The notes below the pieces were generated by a model, which did not search any database, was not told the origin of the DNA, and worked only from the letters and a program-made list of their open reading frames with translations. From the human T2T-CHM13v2.0 reference genome, Homo sapiens: DNA of 64,000 bases. Position 1 is the first letter of the stretch, and the number at the start of each line of letters is the position of its first letter. Below, piece after piece: positions 1 to 15,976 of the stretch. The stretch lies in NCBI RefSeq assembly GCF_009914755.1, contig NC_060936.1; one strand, 5' to 3'. A program made the translations under genes and the position numbers.

Positions 1-156
1 CTTTTTCATATTGATTATATGTCAAAATGATACAATTGGATATATTGGGTTAAATATATTCTTTAAAAGGATTTCAACTCTTTCTTTTTTCAAACATGGC
101 AACTGGAAAGCTTATAATTACATATGTAATTCATATTTGTGTCCATTGGACAGTGC
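1..156. mobile_element. MER3/MER33-like hAT-Charlie DNA transposon fragment
   Basis: tttcatattgattatatgtcaaaatgata...catggcaactggaaa...ttggacagtgc resembles the MER3/MER33 consensus end. Confidence 0.65.
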
Positions 157-234
157 CAGACTGTAATGTAGCTTGTGGTGTTGGTCTGGAACTGAAGATG
201 TCGTATTCCAAGATGTAAACCACGTTTCTTTCTA

Positions 235-790
235 TACTTTTCCCTGTAAGGGCCTGGACACGATGACATACCAGTAGCAATGAGAACATTGAGCGCGCAC
301 ATCTTGGCACCATTCTCCATTAAATGGAAATATAGTCGCTGGGGGAGATGGCTGATTTCAGGACTGGGCCAGGGAAAGGATAGGATGAGCCTGGAGCTTC
401 CTCTTTCCCCAAGAAAGTAAAGAATTGACCAAAAAACATGACAGCATATGTCAAAATGACACAAAAGAACCATATTTAACAGGCTCCCACTGGCCAAATC
501 TAGGGTAAGTTGAGCATCAAAATAAATGATGATAGTAATGGATTATAACTTATTGCACTGAATAAAATAAGAATCCATGAGTCAATAGTCATATAAATAA
601 ATAAATAGATGACAAGGATAAGTGCTTCCCTGAAGTAGAATGCCAACTAATAAAAATAGAAAAGAATTGTGGAGGTAGAAAATCAACAGTGATTATGAAA
701 ACTAGTGAGGAAAAGTTTGATGAGAAACAAGATTATCTAGCCTCAAAGTATCTCCCCAAATATTAATTCCAAAGAGAAAATGTCTTTAGA
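235..790 (+). mobile_element. Old L1 (L1MC/L1MD-type) 3' UTR fragment
   Basis: ccagtagcaatgag...gagatggctgatttcagg...gatgagcctgga...aggctcccactggccaaa motifs typical of L1MC4/L1MD 3' ends. Confidence 0.65.
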
Positions 791-1795
791 AGTGTAATTT
801 TTAAAGTTTACAGGTAGAAAAATTATCAAAATAAACTCAGAACTAATTATGTAATCTTACTGCCTTTGTGTTTTTAAATATCACTAAGAGGATTCAAAGT
901 CTCCCTTTTCCCCCAGTCTGATGCAGGAATATTAACCTAACCTAAGTTTGGCTCATGAATCACCATTAGAGTCATCTGAATTCTTTTTAGAAAATCTTTA
1001 TAAGACATAGGAGGCAGAAAGCCTTGATACTCCTAGGAAGTTGGCAGCTGTGGGTGCAATTAAAAATATTATTTGCAAAACCAATTAGCAAATCTGATCA
1101 GCAAACAGGCAAGAAGAAAAAACACTAGGAAAATACACGTTATTTTTCATAGTTATATTTGTTATACTTTAAAACACCATAATTTTAAGTAGTGTCAGAA
1201 AAATATTTTGTAAACCCTGCACTGACACTTCTTAAAATACTTCATGTAATTAAAAAAATCTCTAATGTTAATACATCATAAAGGTTAAAAAAAATTCATG
1301 GGGATAGGGCAAAAATGGGAAATTACCTATAAAATTAGATATTCTATTCTTAAAAAGACTCAAATGGCAGAAAAGCTGAGTTTATTGCTCAGCTAAATAA
1401 TTTCTACATTAAAAAACAATAGTGCCATTACCTGTGTACACATTTTGAGACAGAACAATTTAAATCAAGTAACAAGTTGTCAGCAATTACATGATATTTA
1501 GCCCAAAACTTTACATTTCGGTCACATCCCAAAAGTTCTTTAATTAAAAAGAAGAGGATCAGGGAATTTATTTATTAGTTTATTAATGAATTTATTTATT
1601 ATTTATAGATGTGTTTATAAGATAATCTGTTTTCAAAAGATTTAAGTTGCTTATGACAGAGGGAATATAGATTATTCAAAATGGAATATAAAAACCTTCC
1701 ATGTTAGGTCCATGGCAGATTTGCATGTGAAGAGGAAGATGCCTGCTTTCCAGAGTTTTCTGAAGAAGCAAAAGAATGTCATAGCATTGAAAGCT

Positions 1796-2400
<605 letters not shown>

Positions 2401-2416
2401 ATAAAATATTCTAGTT

Positions 2417-2738
2417 GTCGAGTGCAATGGCTTACACCTGTAATCCTAGCACTTTGGGAGGCCAAGGTGGACAAATCACCTGAGGTGGGGAGTTCGAGAC
2501 CAGACTGGCCAATATCGTGAAACCCTGTTTCTTCTAAAAATACAAAAATTAGCTGGGCTTAGTGGCATGGGCCTGTAATCCCAGCTACTCAGGAGGCTGA
2601 GGCAGGAGAATTGCTTAACCTGGGAGGAAAAGGTGGAAGTGAGCCGAGATCACGCCAATGCACTCCAGCCTGGGCGACAAGAGCGAAACTTCATCTCAAA
2701 AAAAAAAAAAAAAAGAAGAAGAAGAAGAGAAAAGAAAT
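2417..2738 (+). mobile_element. Alu (AluSp/Sq-like) with A/(GAA) tail
   Basis: Alu consensus with gacaagagcgaaact 3' end; flanked by further copies of the same target site. Confidence 0.95.
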
Positions 2739-3499
2739 AGAAAATATTATAGTTCTTCAGAAAAGGAGGGGCTTTTCTTGATTTTAAATTTGAAAAGATA
2801 TTTCTCATGTAGAGAAAAGAATACTATATAATGTAACATAGTATATATTATCCTTAAGTGGATTTTTATTGCTAACGTCAATATGATTGCCTAAGGCAAG
2901 CACATAATATTAATGTACAACTCCGTGAAGGTAAGTCTGGGGTTTATGGAATGTTCATTAACCATCTAGCCTTCCTGTGCTCTAGGAATACTACTGTGGA
3001 AAACACATTATGCTCTCCAAGGTATACCTAAGTGAATATATTTTTTCACTTGATTATATCATGTCAGTCAATAGAATCAATTGCCATGAAATTCATTGAT
3101 TGGTTTGTTGGATAAACTTAGAGCTAAAGACTCTGAAAGTTGGAAAAGATGTTAGAGATCTCCTGGTCCAGTAATAAATGACTAAAGGATTGCAGTAAAT
3201 ATCATAAAAGGCATTTCTGACAGTCGGTGTAGGAACTTGGTTTGTATACCATGACACACAGCAGGATCACTCTGTCACAAGGCCATCTGTTCCACTATTG
3301 ATAACAGATTTTTTTGTTATGCTGAAAACTACTGGACTGTAATTTCCACCAGCTTTTAAAGTCTGTCCTGCAGATCAATTGAACAAACCTTCAAATATCA
3401 GACGACACCTTTGATTCCACTTCTGCCTTATTTTACTAAGCTAAACATCTTCAGTATATGTTATTAATTCATTTAAATGATGATGAATCATCTTAAAAG

Positions 3500-3660
3500 T
3501 CAGGTAACACTTTACATTTTTTTTCAGTGCTTTATGTACATTATCTCATTTTACCTTTATAATAAATCTCTGAATGCTATACAACAGGTATTTTAAAACT
3601 TAACTTGCTCAAGATCATACACCTGGTTTATGACAGAATATAGACTAGAAGCTTGATCTC
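3500..3660 (-). mobile_element. MIR fragment
   Basis: gtgctttatgtacattatctcattt...aacttgctcaagatcatacacc matches antisense MIR core. Confidence 0.55.
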
Positions 3661-3833
3661 TTCACTTTCTTCCTATCTTTGTTCTTAAATGAGAATTTAT
3701 AAACTAGACTGAACAATAAATGTAGTGAATATTTAAAAGAAGGAAATTTTGAAGGCATTCCACTAATACCTAGAAAACATCAAGAAAACACATTTATGGT
3801 AACATACATTTCTGAATGTTTCCAAGTGTCAAT

Positions 3834-4153
3834 TATTTATTCATTTATTTATTTATTTATTTACTTATTTATTTGAGACTGAGCCTCACTGTCACCCAGG
3901 CTGGAATGCAGTGGCACGATCTCAGCTCACTGCAACCTCTGCCTCCTGGGTTCAAGCATTCTCCTGCCTCAGTCTCCCAGTAACTAGGATTACAGGCGCT
4001 TAACACAACACATGGCTAATTTTTTGTATTTTTAGTAGAGACGGGGTTTCACCATGTTGGCCAGGCTGGTCTTGAACTCCTGACCTCAAGTGATCCACCC
4101 ACCTCGGCCTCCCAAAATGCTGGGATTACAGGCATGAGCCACCGCGCCTGGCC
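3834..4153 (-). mobile_element. Alu (AluS) with (TTTA)n tail
   Basis: Reverse Alu consensus ending ccaccgcgcctggcc. Confidence 0.95.
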
Positions 4154-4361
4154 TAAGAATTTCGTATGTCTTTACAACTTCAAGAGGAGATATTAAAATA
4201 GTTTCTCTTCTCTTTTTATCTAAAAGTTTTGACCAAACGACAGCTTTGGGTTCAGGTTCAGGTTTGAGTTGAAGTTCAAATTTTCTGATCATCTCAACTG
4301 TAAGATAATATACTCAAATAAACCGTTCTGGCTTGCTAAATAAAACTAGAATTTTTCGAGG

Positions 4362-4665
4362 TTTTGTTTGTTTGTTTGTTTGTTTGTTTGAGACAGGGCC
4401 TTGCTCTGTTGCCCAGGCTGGAATGCAGTGGCATGATCTCAGCTCACTGCAGCCTCGACTTCCTGGGACCAAGCAATCCTTCCAACTCAGCCTCCTAAGT
4501 AGCTAGGACTACAGGCATGCACCATCACGCCCAGCTAATTTTGTTTTTTGTAGGTATGAGGTCTCACTCTTGCCCAGGCTGGTCTCAAACTTCTGGACTC
4601 AAGCAATCCTTCTGTCAAAGCCTCCCAAAGTGTTGGGATTGCAGGCGTGAGCTACCATGATGGCC
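4362..4665 (-). mobile_element. Alu (AluJ) with (TTTG)n tail
   Basis: gagacagggcc, cactgcagcctcgac and ctcaagcaatcct are J-type features. Confidence 0.92.
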
Positions 4666-5485
4666 TCTTTGAGTAGCATTTTTTTTTTTAGAAATGTGAA
4701 GGTTCTAGGACTTCTGGTGCTTCAGTCAATTCAACCATTTTCTTGCTATTTCTCCCGTACCCATCTTCATCCACTCTTATTCACTGAGCTCCTGGGCATC
4801 TTCTGGTTCATCTTCTGCGTTCTTGGCAAAGAATATCAGAATTCAAACATTTTTCCTTAAACTATAATAACAGCAACCAAAGCCCACTATAAATGTAAAA
4901 CTTCATCTGTTGGGATAAAATCTTTAGAACTAAATATAAAGCACTCAAGAAGCAGCAGTAGTTAATGGTATGTAATTAAAATATCAACTTTAAAATGTAC
5001 CTCCGGGGACATTTTAACAAAGTCCAATTTAAAGAATTTTCACTGTGCCAAGGAGGTGTTCTATTGAGCCTTAGTAGATTGAAAAATCAACTGCTGAGAT
5101 CTCGCCATGAGGTAAGCCTGCTCTGCATGCCATTGTAAGTGGAAGTCCTGGAGCAAAATCCAGCACTGTCACGGCAGGCCTGCAGGAGACTGCAGAGGCT
5201 CTCAACTTCTATGGGGCCAGGAGCACAAACCTTTGATGATGGGATGCGTTGGGACTCACGGCTGGACAGCAGGCTAGACCAGGGGAAATATTAGCCTGAC
5301 TACACATCCTGTTTAAACAGAAGGGTTCTGCTCTATCATTTCCTTTTTCCTTTCATGAATGTGTCCAAATGCCAATTTAAGCCATGTTCCTAAGAAATAA
5401 ACTAACAGACATCAGTATATAGAAAATGAAAACTAGTCATTATGCCCTCTGGCTACAAAATATTCACAATTAAAGAGGAAGCATA

Positions 5486-5916
<431 letters not shown>

Positions 5917-6004
5917 TCAAGTTACCATGCTACTGAGACAGTATGTGGTTCTTTCATCCGCATCTTCCTGGTAAAGAATTCTCACTTTTTAAAATACCAT
6001 TCCC

Positions 6005-6157
6005 AGCTGGGCACAGTGGTTCACACTTGTAATCTCAACATTTTGGAAGGCTGAAGTAGGAGGACTGCTTGAGCCTCGGAGGTCAAGGCTACAATGAGCC
6101 AAGATCGTGCCAGTGCACTACAGCCTAGGTAACAGAGTGAGACTCTGTCTCAGAAAA
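6005..6157 (+). mobile_element. Alu monomer (FRAM-like)
   Basis: Single right-arm-type monomer; TSD AAAT(A/G)CCATTCCC at ~5992-6004 and 6566-6578. Confidence 0.85.
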
Positions 6158-6205
6158 AAGGAAGGAAGGAAGGAAGGAAGGAAGGAAGGAAGGAAGGAAG
6201 GAAGG
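6158..6205 (+). repeat. (AAGG)12 / (GGAA)11 microsatellite
   Basis: Perfect tetranucleotide run read directly. Confidence 0.97.
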
Positions 6206-6241
6206 ACAAAAGAAGAAATTTTAAAAATAAAACATAAAATA

Positions 6242-6667
<426 letters not shown>

Positions 6668-6783
6668 TTAGATTCTCCCACCTGTAAGGTTTTTATTCCC
6701 AGCTCCTGATGTTTCTTTGTTATCTGGAGACCTCACTTAGTGTAACACTCCTGGCTTCTTCACTCCCTTACCACTCTGCCTCA

Positions 6784-7190
<407 letters not shown>

Positions 7191-7789
7191 AATAAAAAGC
7201 AGATGTTCATATCTTCTCTTCCACACTCGAAGTTTTACAAGGGGAGGCCCCCACAGGAGGAAGCATGTGTCATCTGGCTGGGATTGATGGATAAGTCTGA
7301 CTATTTCTGAGATACAGAATTAGGAAGCTCACAGTTGTTGCAATCGTAAGCCTTATTATCCCTCCCAGCCTTAATCAGTAGTAAGTACTGTATGGTGTTT
7401 TGATCTCCATCTGTCCTATTCCTTGTCTTTCTCTTAAGTGGCTTAGAACTCAAGACGCCTTTTTAACCATGTTGACCTCGGATAGTTATTTTACAATAGC
7501 CACCATTTCCACACATATTTGTCAAGTTTTTGTGCATCTTCTGGTTCCTCTTCTGGAGTTTATCATTATTTTATCAACCTGGCAAGGTTGGGAATATATA
7601 AAGTGTCTAGCACAAGGCTTGGCATTCAATTAAAATTTACCTTTTCTATTATTTTAATTTAGTGATCACTCCATTATCCTAGTTTCTTCTTCCCTTTAGT
7701 TCCCTCCAATAAGTTTTCTTCTATCTCCCCTCACTGTCTTCAACACTTTCTTATTAAATGTTTCTGCCTCTAGATATTGCTCTGAGTTA

Positions 7790-8118
7790 ATGGTTCTTAA
7801 AGTGTGGTCCCAGAACCAGCAGCATTAGCATTTTCTGAGAACTTAGAAATGGAAATTCTTAGCCAGGCATGGTAACTCATGCCTGTAATCTCAGCACTTT
7901 GGGAGGCTGACGTGAGAAGATCACTTGAACTCAGGAGTTTGAGATCAGGCTGGACAACATAGTGAGACCCCATCTCATATTAAAAAAAAAAAAAAGAAAT
8001 GGAAATTCTCAGGCCCCACCCCAGATCTACTGCATCAGAAACTTTGGGAGTGGAACCAGCAATTGGTGGTTTAAAAAGTCCTCCAGGTGATTCTGATTCA
8101 TGTTCAAGTGTGAGAGCC
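7790..8118. mobile_element. MER5A hAT-Charlie element split by an Alu monomer
   Basis: tggttcttaaagtgtggtccc...aggccccaccccagatctactgcatcagaaact...ctccaggtgattctgat matches MER5A. Confidence 0.85.
7861..7995 (+). mobile_element. Alu left monomer (FLAM_C-like)
   Basis: Monomer with A tail; TSD AGAAATGGAAATTCT on both sides. Confidence 0.9.
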
Positions 8119-8320
8119 AGAGACCTAAATCATTCCATTTCTGTTCAGATTCATGGCTTGTCTCTGCCCCTTAAATTTTCTTTTCATGACTTAGTCTCTT
8201 CTATGATTACTAACCATTTTGTTTGGTAACATTATCAATTGTTTCATAACTCAGAACCCTACTATCCCCATCTCCATCCAAAACTGGCTGCTGGCTGGGC
8301 TCACATCTTTAATCCTTTAG

Positions 8321-8617
8321 TTTGTTTTTTGAGACGGAGTCTTGATCTGTCGCTCAGGAGGGAGTGCAATCTCATGATCTTGGCTCACTGCAACTTTCGC
8401 CTCCAGGGTTCAAGTGATTCTCCTGCCTCAGCCTCCCGAGTAGCCTCCCGAGTAGTACAGGCATCCGCCACCACACCCGGCTAATTTTTGTATTTTTAAT
8501 AGAGATGAGCTTTTGACATGTTGGCCAGGCTTGTTTCGAACTCCTGACCTCAAGTGATCCACCCTCCTCCACCTCCCAAAATGCTGGAAATACAGGTGTG
8601 AACCACCATGTCTGGCC
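8321..8617 (-). mobile_element. Alu (AluS) inserted into the 5' end of an older Alu
   Basis: Reverse Alu; TSD TCACATCT(T/G)TAAT(C/T)CT at 8301-8316 and 8618-8633; internal AGCCTCCCGAGT duplication. Confidence 0.92.
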
Positions 8618-8913
8618 TCACATCTGTAATTCTAACACTTTGGGAGGCAAAGGCAAGTGAGTCACTTGAGCCTAAGAGTTTGAGACGAGCCTGGGCGATA
8701 TAGGGGCGAGACTCTGTCTATACCAAAAAAAAAAAAAAAAAGCCAGGCGTGGTGGTACCTGTCTGTGGTCTCAGCTGCTTGGGAGCCTGAGATGGGAGGA
8801 TTGCTTGAGTCAGGAGGTTGGGCCTGCAGTAAGCCATGATCATACCGTTGCACTGCAGCCTGGGTAACAGAGCAAGACCCTGTCTCATAAAACAAACAAA
8901 CAAAAAAACAAAA
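8618..8913 (+). mobile_element. Alu (AluJ) body; its first bases lie at 8293-8316
   Basis: J-type features (gggaggattgcttgag, gagcaagaccctgtctc), (CAAA)n tail. Confidence 0.9.
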
Positions 8914-10321
8914 CAGGTTGCTATTTGGCCCTGAAATCATTTTAAATTAGGATATACACATCTCTTTTGTGCAGATTTTTGTCACTTCCTAATTATGATA
9001 TCTGATTAATTGAAAATTCGGACAACTTAGTTTGTTTTAATTTAGTTTACCAGGTGTTCATTTTCACTGCCATTGTATATATAACACAAATCACTCACAA
9101 ATCTATAAATCTTTGCTCTGTGTTTTGTTTTGAATGGGTAAATAGAAAATCTCCTATCACAGGACAGTATAGGTAGCACTGAAAAAAATTGGTTTTCACA
9201 GCACTGATTCCCTAACAACTTGAAAAGCATCAAGCAATTCAATTATCCTAAAATTGTCATCCAATTTGTTTCAGTGCGGGAGAGCTAGTATGCTTATGTC
9301 ATGAAGACCAGGAAATTAGCTGCTTTCTGGAATAAGTGAATTTTTTCCTTCCCATCTTTGCCATATCTCTGAAATAAATATTTAAAGACAGTAGGGATTG
9401 GAAGGATTGGGGCAAGGGGAAGGAAAAGGAGAGGTGAAATGGGATCTGAGAGAACAAAGATGTTTTTCATTTCAAATGACTCCAAAATATCAGTAGTTAT
9501 TCAATGTGCTGAATGTACTCTTCCATGATACTATAGTAAATGTTTGCTTATACCTAAGTAGTTCAAATAATTGAATACTTCATGTATTTATTGACTTCCC
9601 TCCCAACATTCCCCAAATGTTTACACAAATTAATTTTCAATCAATAAAATGTGTAGACATTCATGATTCTGCTATAAATTAATATTAATGTGTAACATTT
9701 TGGGGAAGTGTCACTCTTATGCCATTCACTATGAGGCATTTTTTAGGGTAGCAAGTCATTCACTTAAATTGTAATGAAAGCATTTAGTTTTTATTAGTGT
9801 GTAGGAGTCTTGTTCTCAAGGGAGTATTTCACAGCTATTATTCATTCAATCTCAGTTACCCTGGGAGGGAGGGAAAGGGGACCCAGTGAGCCAAAGTCAA
9901 TGAGTTGAGTCATTGTTCAGTTCCCTTCCAAAGGACTACTCAGTTTCAACTAAACCCCTTAGGTTCAATTTAAGATTCCTGGCAAAGGCTTTCCTTTGTG
10001 ATTTATTGCCATTGACAACAGCAGACATCGCCTGTCTGTTCTCTATTTGTCTTCCACCTGCAGGACCTTGGGAGGATCCCTGGAAGCTTCCTGAGGAGCA
10101 ATAGCCTCCCAGGGTCAAGCAGACATTCCCGGAGTGGCATCTTCCGATTACTTCTGAGATCCACAGAACCCACCAGAATGGCCAGCCTTGTACCTTATGA
10201 TCAATACTCTAAGATTTTAAATTTGGTGGTCGTGATGATGATCCTTTCTGATTTCATCTTCATTAATTTCTATCTTTTGTACATCCCTTCACCTTAAAGA
10301 AGTGGCACTTTGGCCTCATGG

Positions 10322-10435
10322 ACTGGACTATGGTGGCACAATTATAGCTCATGGCAGCCTCAAACTCCTGGGCTCAAGCAATTCTCCCATGTCCTGGGTC
10401 TCTAGGACTGCAGGTGCACACCACCATGCCTGGCT
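10322..10435 (-). mobile_element. Alu (J-type) right-arm fragment
   Basis: atagctcatggcagcctcaaactcctgggctcaagcaatt...ccaccatgcctggct. Confidence 0.75.
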
Positions 10436-10543
10436 CTTCGTTTGTTTGTTTGTTTTTTCTAATCCTAGCTAATCACATTCTTTTAGTTTCCCTTGCTTCA
10501 CCAAGGAGTCTGGACTCCAGGTCAAGTCAAGTGATTTCTTTCC

Positions 10544-10863
10544 TTTTTTTTTTTTTTTTTTTTTTTGAGACAGGATCTCTCTCTGTCGCCCAGGCTGGAT
10601 TGGAATGCAGCGGTATGCTATCAGGTCCCTGCAACCTCCATCTCCCAGGCTCAAGTGATTCTCATGCCTCAGTCTCCCAAGTAGCTGAAAGTACAGCTGT
10701 GCACCACCACGCCCAGCTAATTTTTGTTTTTGTTTTTTTTTTTTGGTAGAGGGAGGTTTTCGCCATATTTTCCAGCCTGGTCTCGAACTCCTGGCCCTAA
10801 GTAATCTGCCTATCTCGGCCTTCCAAAGTGCTAGAGTTACTGGCATGAACCACTGCACCTGAC
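10544..10863 (-). mobile_element. Alu (AluJ)
   Basis: Reverse Alu with poly-T; TSD CAAGT(G/T)ATTTC. Confidence 0.92.
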
Positions 10864-11499
10864 AGGACAAGTTATTTCAACACTGTCTTCTTGAAGCCTC
10901 ATTCCAACCTGTAACTTTTCTTGATGCTTCCACATTAATTACAGCCCTGATCATCTCAACTTTCTTTTCCATCTCCACACCTAAGCATCCAGATTTTAGG
11001 GAAAGGTTACGAACGTATTTCAAATGCTTCTCCTCATCAGTCTTCATACTCTCCAGTGGGCCGTCTGCAGCTTCCTGCAGGATGGCACGCCTCATCATAC
11101 TCCCGGCTCTCTTATTCTATGCAGGCGGCCTTGCCACTTACTGCCATTACACCTTTCCCGCATTCCGTCTCAAGTTTTCTTTGTATGTTCACATTTTTCC
11201 TTCATTTCGCTTCAGAGGGAGTGGTATTGCTTGCAACTTGGTCATCTCATCAATCTTTTCTCCATTTCTTTCCCTCACCTTTACTCTGCTCTGTCTCCTC
11301 TTTTCACCTCCATCTCTTGAATGCTTTTGCTAGGCCAATAAACACTCTCAGTACTCTCTTACAAAAGGCAACAAACAAGTAAGCAAACAAAAGTCAATTT
11401 CCCTTGGTTTTGTAATCCCTTCAGATTATTATCTTCCTAGTTTCCTTTCCAGGGTAAACCTGTTCACTCCAGAAGCTCTTGAAAACTGGCTAATGCGCC

Positions 11500-11870
11500 A
11501 CTGTTTCACAGAAATGGAAACGTTCTCAGAGGTAACCAATGACCTCTAACCACCGCCAAATCCAATGAACTAAAAAGGGATTCAATTTACCTGATCTCTC
11601 TGAGATGTCTGTTTTTATGTATCAGCTCATCAGGAACTCACCCCTGGTTTGGCTTTTGGGAGCCTATCACGCTCTTCCTGTGCCTTCTCTATTCTCTCCT
11701 CTCCCAACTTCTCAGAAGACATCTCCCACCAGGTGCTTTCTCCAGACCTCTGTTCTCTAATCTCCTCCTTGACTTCGTCGATTCCCACATTTTAAACTAT
11801 TGCTTTTGTGAATAGTTCCAAAATCTAAATTCTAACTGCCAATTGGACATTTCCACCTTGAATATTCTAG
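11500..11870 (+). mobile_element. L2 fragment(s)
   Basis: aggtaaccaatgacctct...ccaaatccaatg and actgccaattggacatttccacc resemble L2 ORF2 remnants. Confidence 0.5.
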
Positions 11871-11876
11871 AGAAAA

Positions 11877-12598
<722 letters not shown>

Positions 12599-14119
12599 TG
12601 AATACAGCATTCCCATTTTCATATAAGGATGTTGAGATTCAGCCTGGGATTTGTCAAGGAGTTAAGTCGTACTGAAGCCAGCATTGTAACTCAATTTTCT
12701 GGACTTTTCAGCACAAGACTCTAGATGGACTGCCACACAGCAGTCAATTGCCTATAATGTGTTGCTTATATATTTCAACACAAAAAGAAAGAAAATGGTT
12801 AGAAAACTCATCAAGATTCTTTTCAGATCTACATTCCATATCATCTTGCACCCCGCCTGCTACCCATGCGCTCTCTTGTCATTCTGGTGCCTAGTTATGG
12901 TGCTCCTATTTAGCTTAGTTGGGCAGCCAGGAGTGGGTAGAAGAGGGGATCCAATGTTTACTGAGACACAAAGTCTCACAGGTGTCAGTTTAAGACTACA
13001 GTAGAAAGCTTCATATGAGTAATAAAGATCTACTTAACAATTACCATACTCATTCTAGTACAGGAAGAGAGAGTTAAAGTCCATTATTACATTAAAAAAT
13101 AAAAAGGTACAATGAGTTTGCTATGAGTTCCAAATATGTTAAACAAGAATGAATTATTTTCCTGTAGCCCATCTTATCCTTTTAAATGTATTTTCTCAGA
13201 CCTCATTCAGAATTTTGAGTTCCATGAAGAATATCATAATATTCACTTAGTTTTTATGAGGTGATCAAGGCTACGGATTCTTCTGTAACCCCTTTCCCTA
13301 CATCTTAAATTTTAGGACTGTGAGAAATGAATTTATCTTGACTTCATTCGGAGCCTACATGTTTGTTTTTTAGCCATGGGCCAATTTGGCACTGTGTATT
13401 TTAACTTTCATACTTTATATTATTTTGATAATACATATTTTGATTAAATAACTTTACAAAAAAACTTAAACTTTAGATGATATTTTGCTTTGTGAGGAAA
13501 AACAAAGCAAACCGACAAATGTACAAACAAAAATATTCAGCAATTTGTAAGAAGTATGACACCAGTTGTGGTGGAAATTGTGGAAATAAGAAACAAATCA
13601 TGAGCGGGTATGATTTTACCCTTATTCCAATTTACACTTCTTTTTAAAAATTTTAATGATGTTAACCTTGCTTTATGCTTCGTTATTTTATTACCAAGTG
13701 ACCCGTGAAGGGTTTTGTTTCTTGAGAGGGCAGTTCATCACAACAGAATTTGGTCCTAATTAAAATGGGATTATCACAGGATACTAGATCCAAGAAATGT
13801 GCTTCTGAGGTGGGTAGTCTGTTACTCATTTTCCTTTAATAGACATAACGAAGGCCAGAACAAATTGCCCCTTTCAAATAACAGCTCTTTGGGAAATATG
13901 TCTGGCTTTGGTAAATTTTTATGTTTGAATGGAAGATTAAATTAGCCTTATAAATTTCTTAATGTTTAAAGAAATTCATGATCAAAACGAAGTAAAATAG
14001 TTACAAATGTCTAGGTCTTTATTTTCTGAAGAAAATTACTTTTTGCTTATATATTTTGATTTTTCAGTATATTGGGGTAAAATCGTTTCCAACAGGACAA
14101 CTTGTAAACTCTCTTTTGT

Positions 14120-14530
14120 CATAGTATTATAGAGTAAGCTAAGCTGCTGTATGAAAGAGAACCTCCAAAATTCAGTGGCTCAAAGAACAGCCAAGTTTAT
14201 TGGTGTCCCAGGTAACAACCCAGGTAAGTGTCTCAGCGTGGTGGGCAGCTCTGCGCCCATCAGTCACTGGAGACCAGGCTGGCAGAGGCTCTGTCACCAA
14301 CAGTCAGCTTCCAGGGTGCTCTGGCCATGGGCATTCCAGCTGGCGGAATGGGGTAAAGAGGAGTCCCTGGCCAGAGGTTTCCTCTCATGCAGATGAGGCA
14401 GAAGTTCCTCAAGTCTCCCACACTCATATTCCATTGGCAAATATCCAGTCACATGGCTACACCTCACTACAAGGGAGACTGGAAAATAAAGTCTCTCCAT
14501 ATGCCCAGGAAGAGGGGAAGAACAAAAATA
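14120..14530 (-). mobile_element. MLT1J/K/L-like MaLR LTR
   Basis: aagctaagctgctgta...ccaaaattcagtggct...attccattggc...gtcacatggctacacc...caagggagactgg. Confidence 0.7.
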
Positions 14531-14607
14531 GTGGAAAGCTGCAGTCTCCATATACTCTTTGATTATGAAAAATTATAAATAATTAGCAACATGCATTGCA
14601 AAGTCTC

Positions 14608-14990
14608 TGATACGGTTTGGATCTCTGTCTCCACCCAAATCTCATATTGAATTATAATTCCCAATGTTGGGGGAGGGACCTGGTGGGAGGTGACTGGATC
14701 ATGGGGGTGGATTTCCCCTTTGCTGTTTTCATGATAGTGAGTGAGTTCTCATGGGATCTGATGGTTGAAAAGTGTGTAGCACTTCCCTCTTTGCTCTCTC
14801 TCTCCTGCTCCACCATGTGAAGATTGTGTCTGCTTCGCTTTCACCTTCTGCCATGATTATAAGTTTCCCGAGGCCTCCCCAGCCATGCCTTCTGTATAGC
14901 CTGTGGAACTGTGAGTCGATTAAGCCTCTTTTCTCCAGAAATTACCTAGTCTCAGGCATGTCTTTATAGCAATGAAAACAGACTAATACA
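14608..14990 (+). mobile_element. THE1D/MSTA-type MaLR solo LTR
   Basis: TGATACGGTTTGG...CTAATACA termini; 5-bp TSD GTCTC on both sides. Confidence 0.92.
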
Positions 14991-15161
14991 GTCTCTAAGA
15001 ATGCTATACAAACACAAATAAATATAAGAAATAAAAGGTTAATTTTTTTCTATTATGAACATATTTAACAAGGTAAAAATCAAGGCAGGCCTCTCTGATT
15101 TTATGTCACCACATCAAACATATTTTTGTTACCAAACACACAGAGGAAATAGCCAACTTAA

Positions 15162-15976
<815 letters not shown>

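Noticed and set aside
90-497. 135-aa minus-strand ORF
   Set aside because: Lies across MER3/33 and L1 3' UTR fossils.
2928-2936. Perfect AAG|GTAAGT donor (similar one at 14221-14229)
   Set aside because: Isolated 9-mers are expected about once or twice by chance in 64 kb; no paired acceptor or promoter; the second lies in an MLT1 LTR.
5190-5340. Possible MER102-like DNA transposon fragment
   Set aside because: Too diverged to call confidently by eye.
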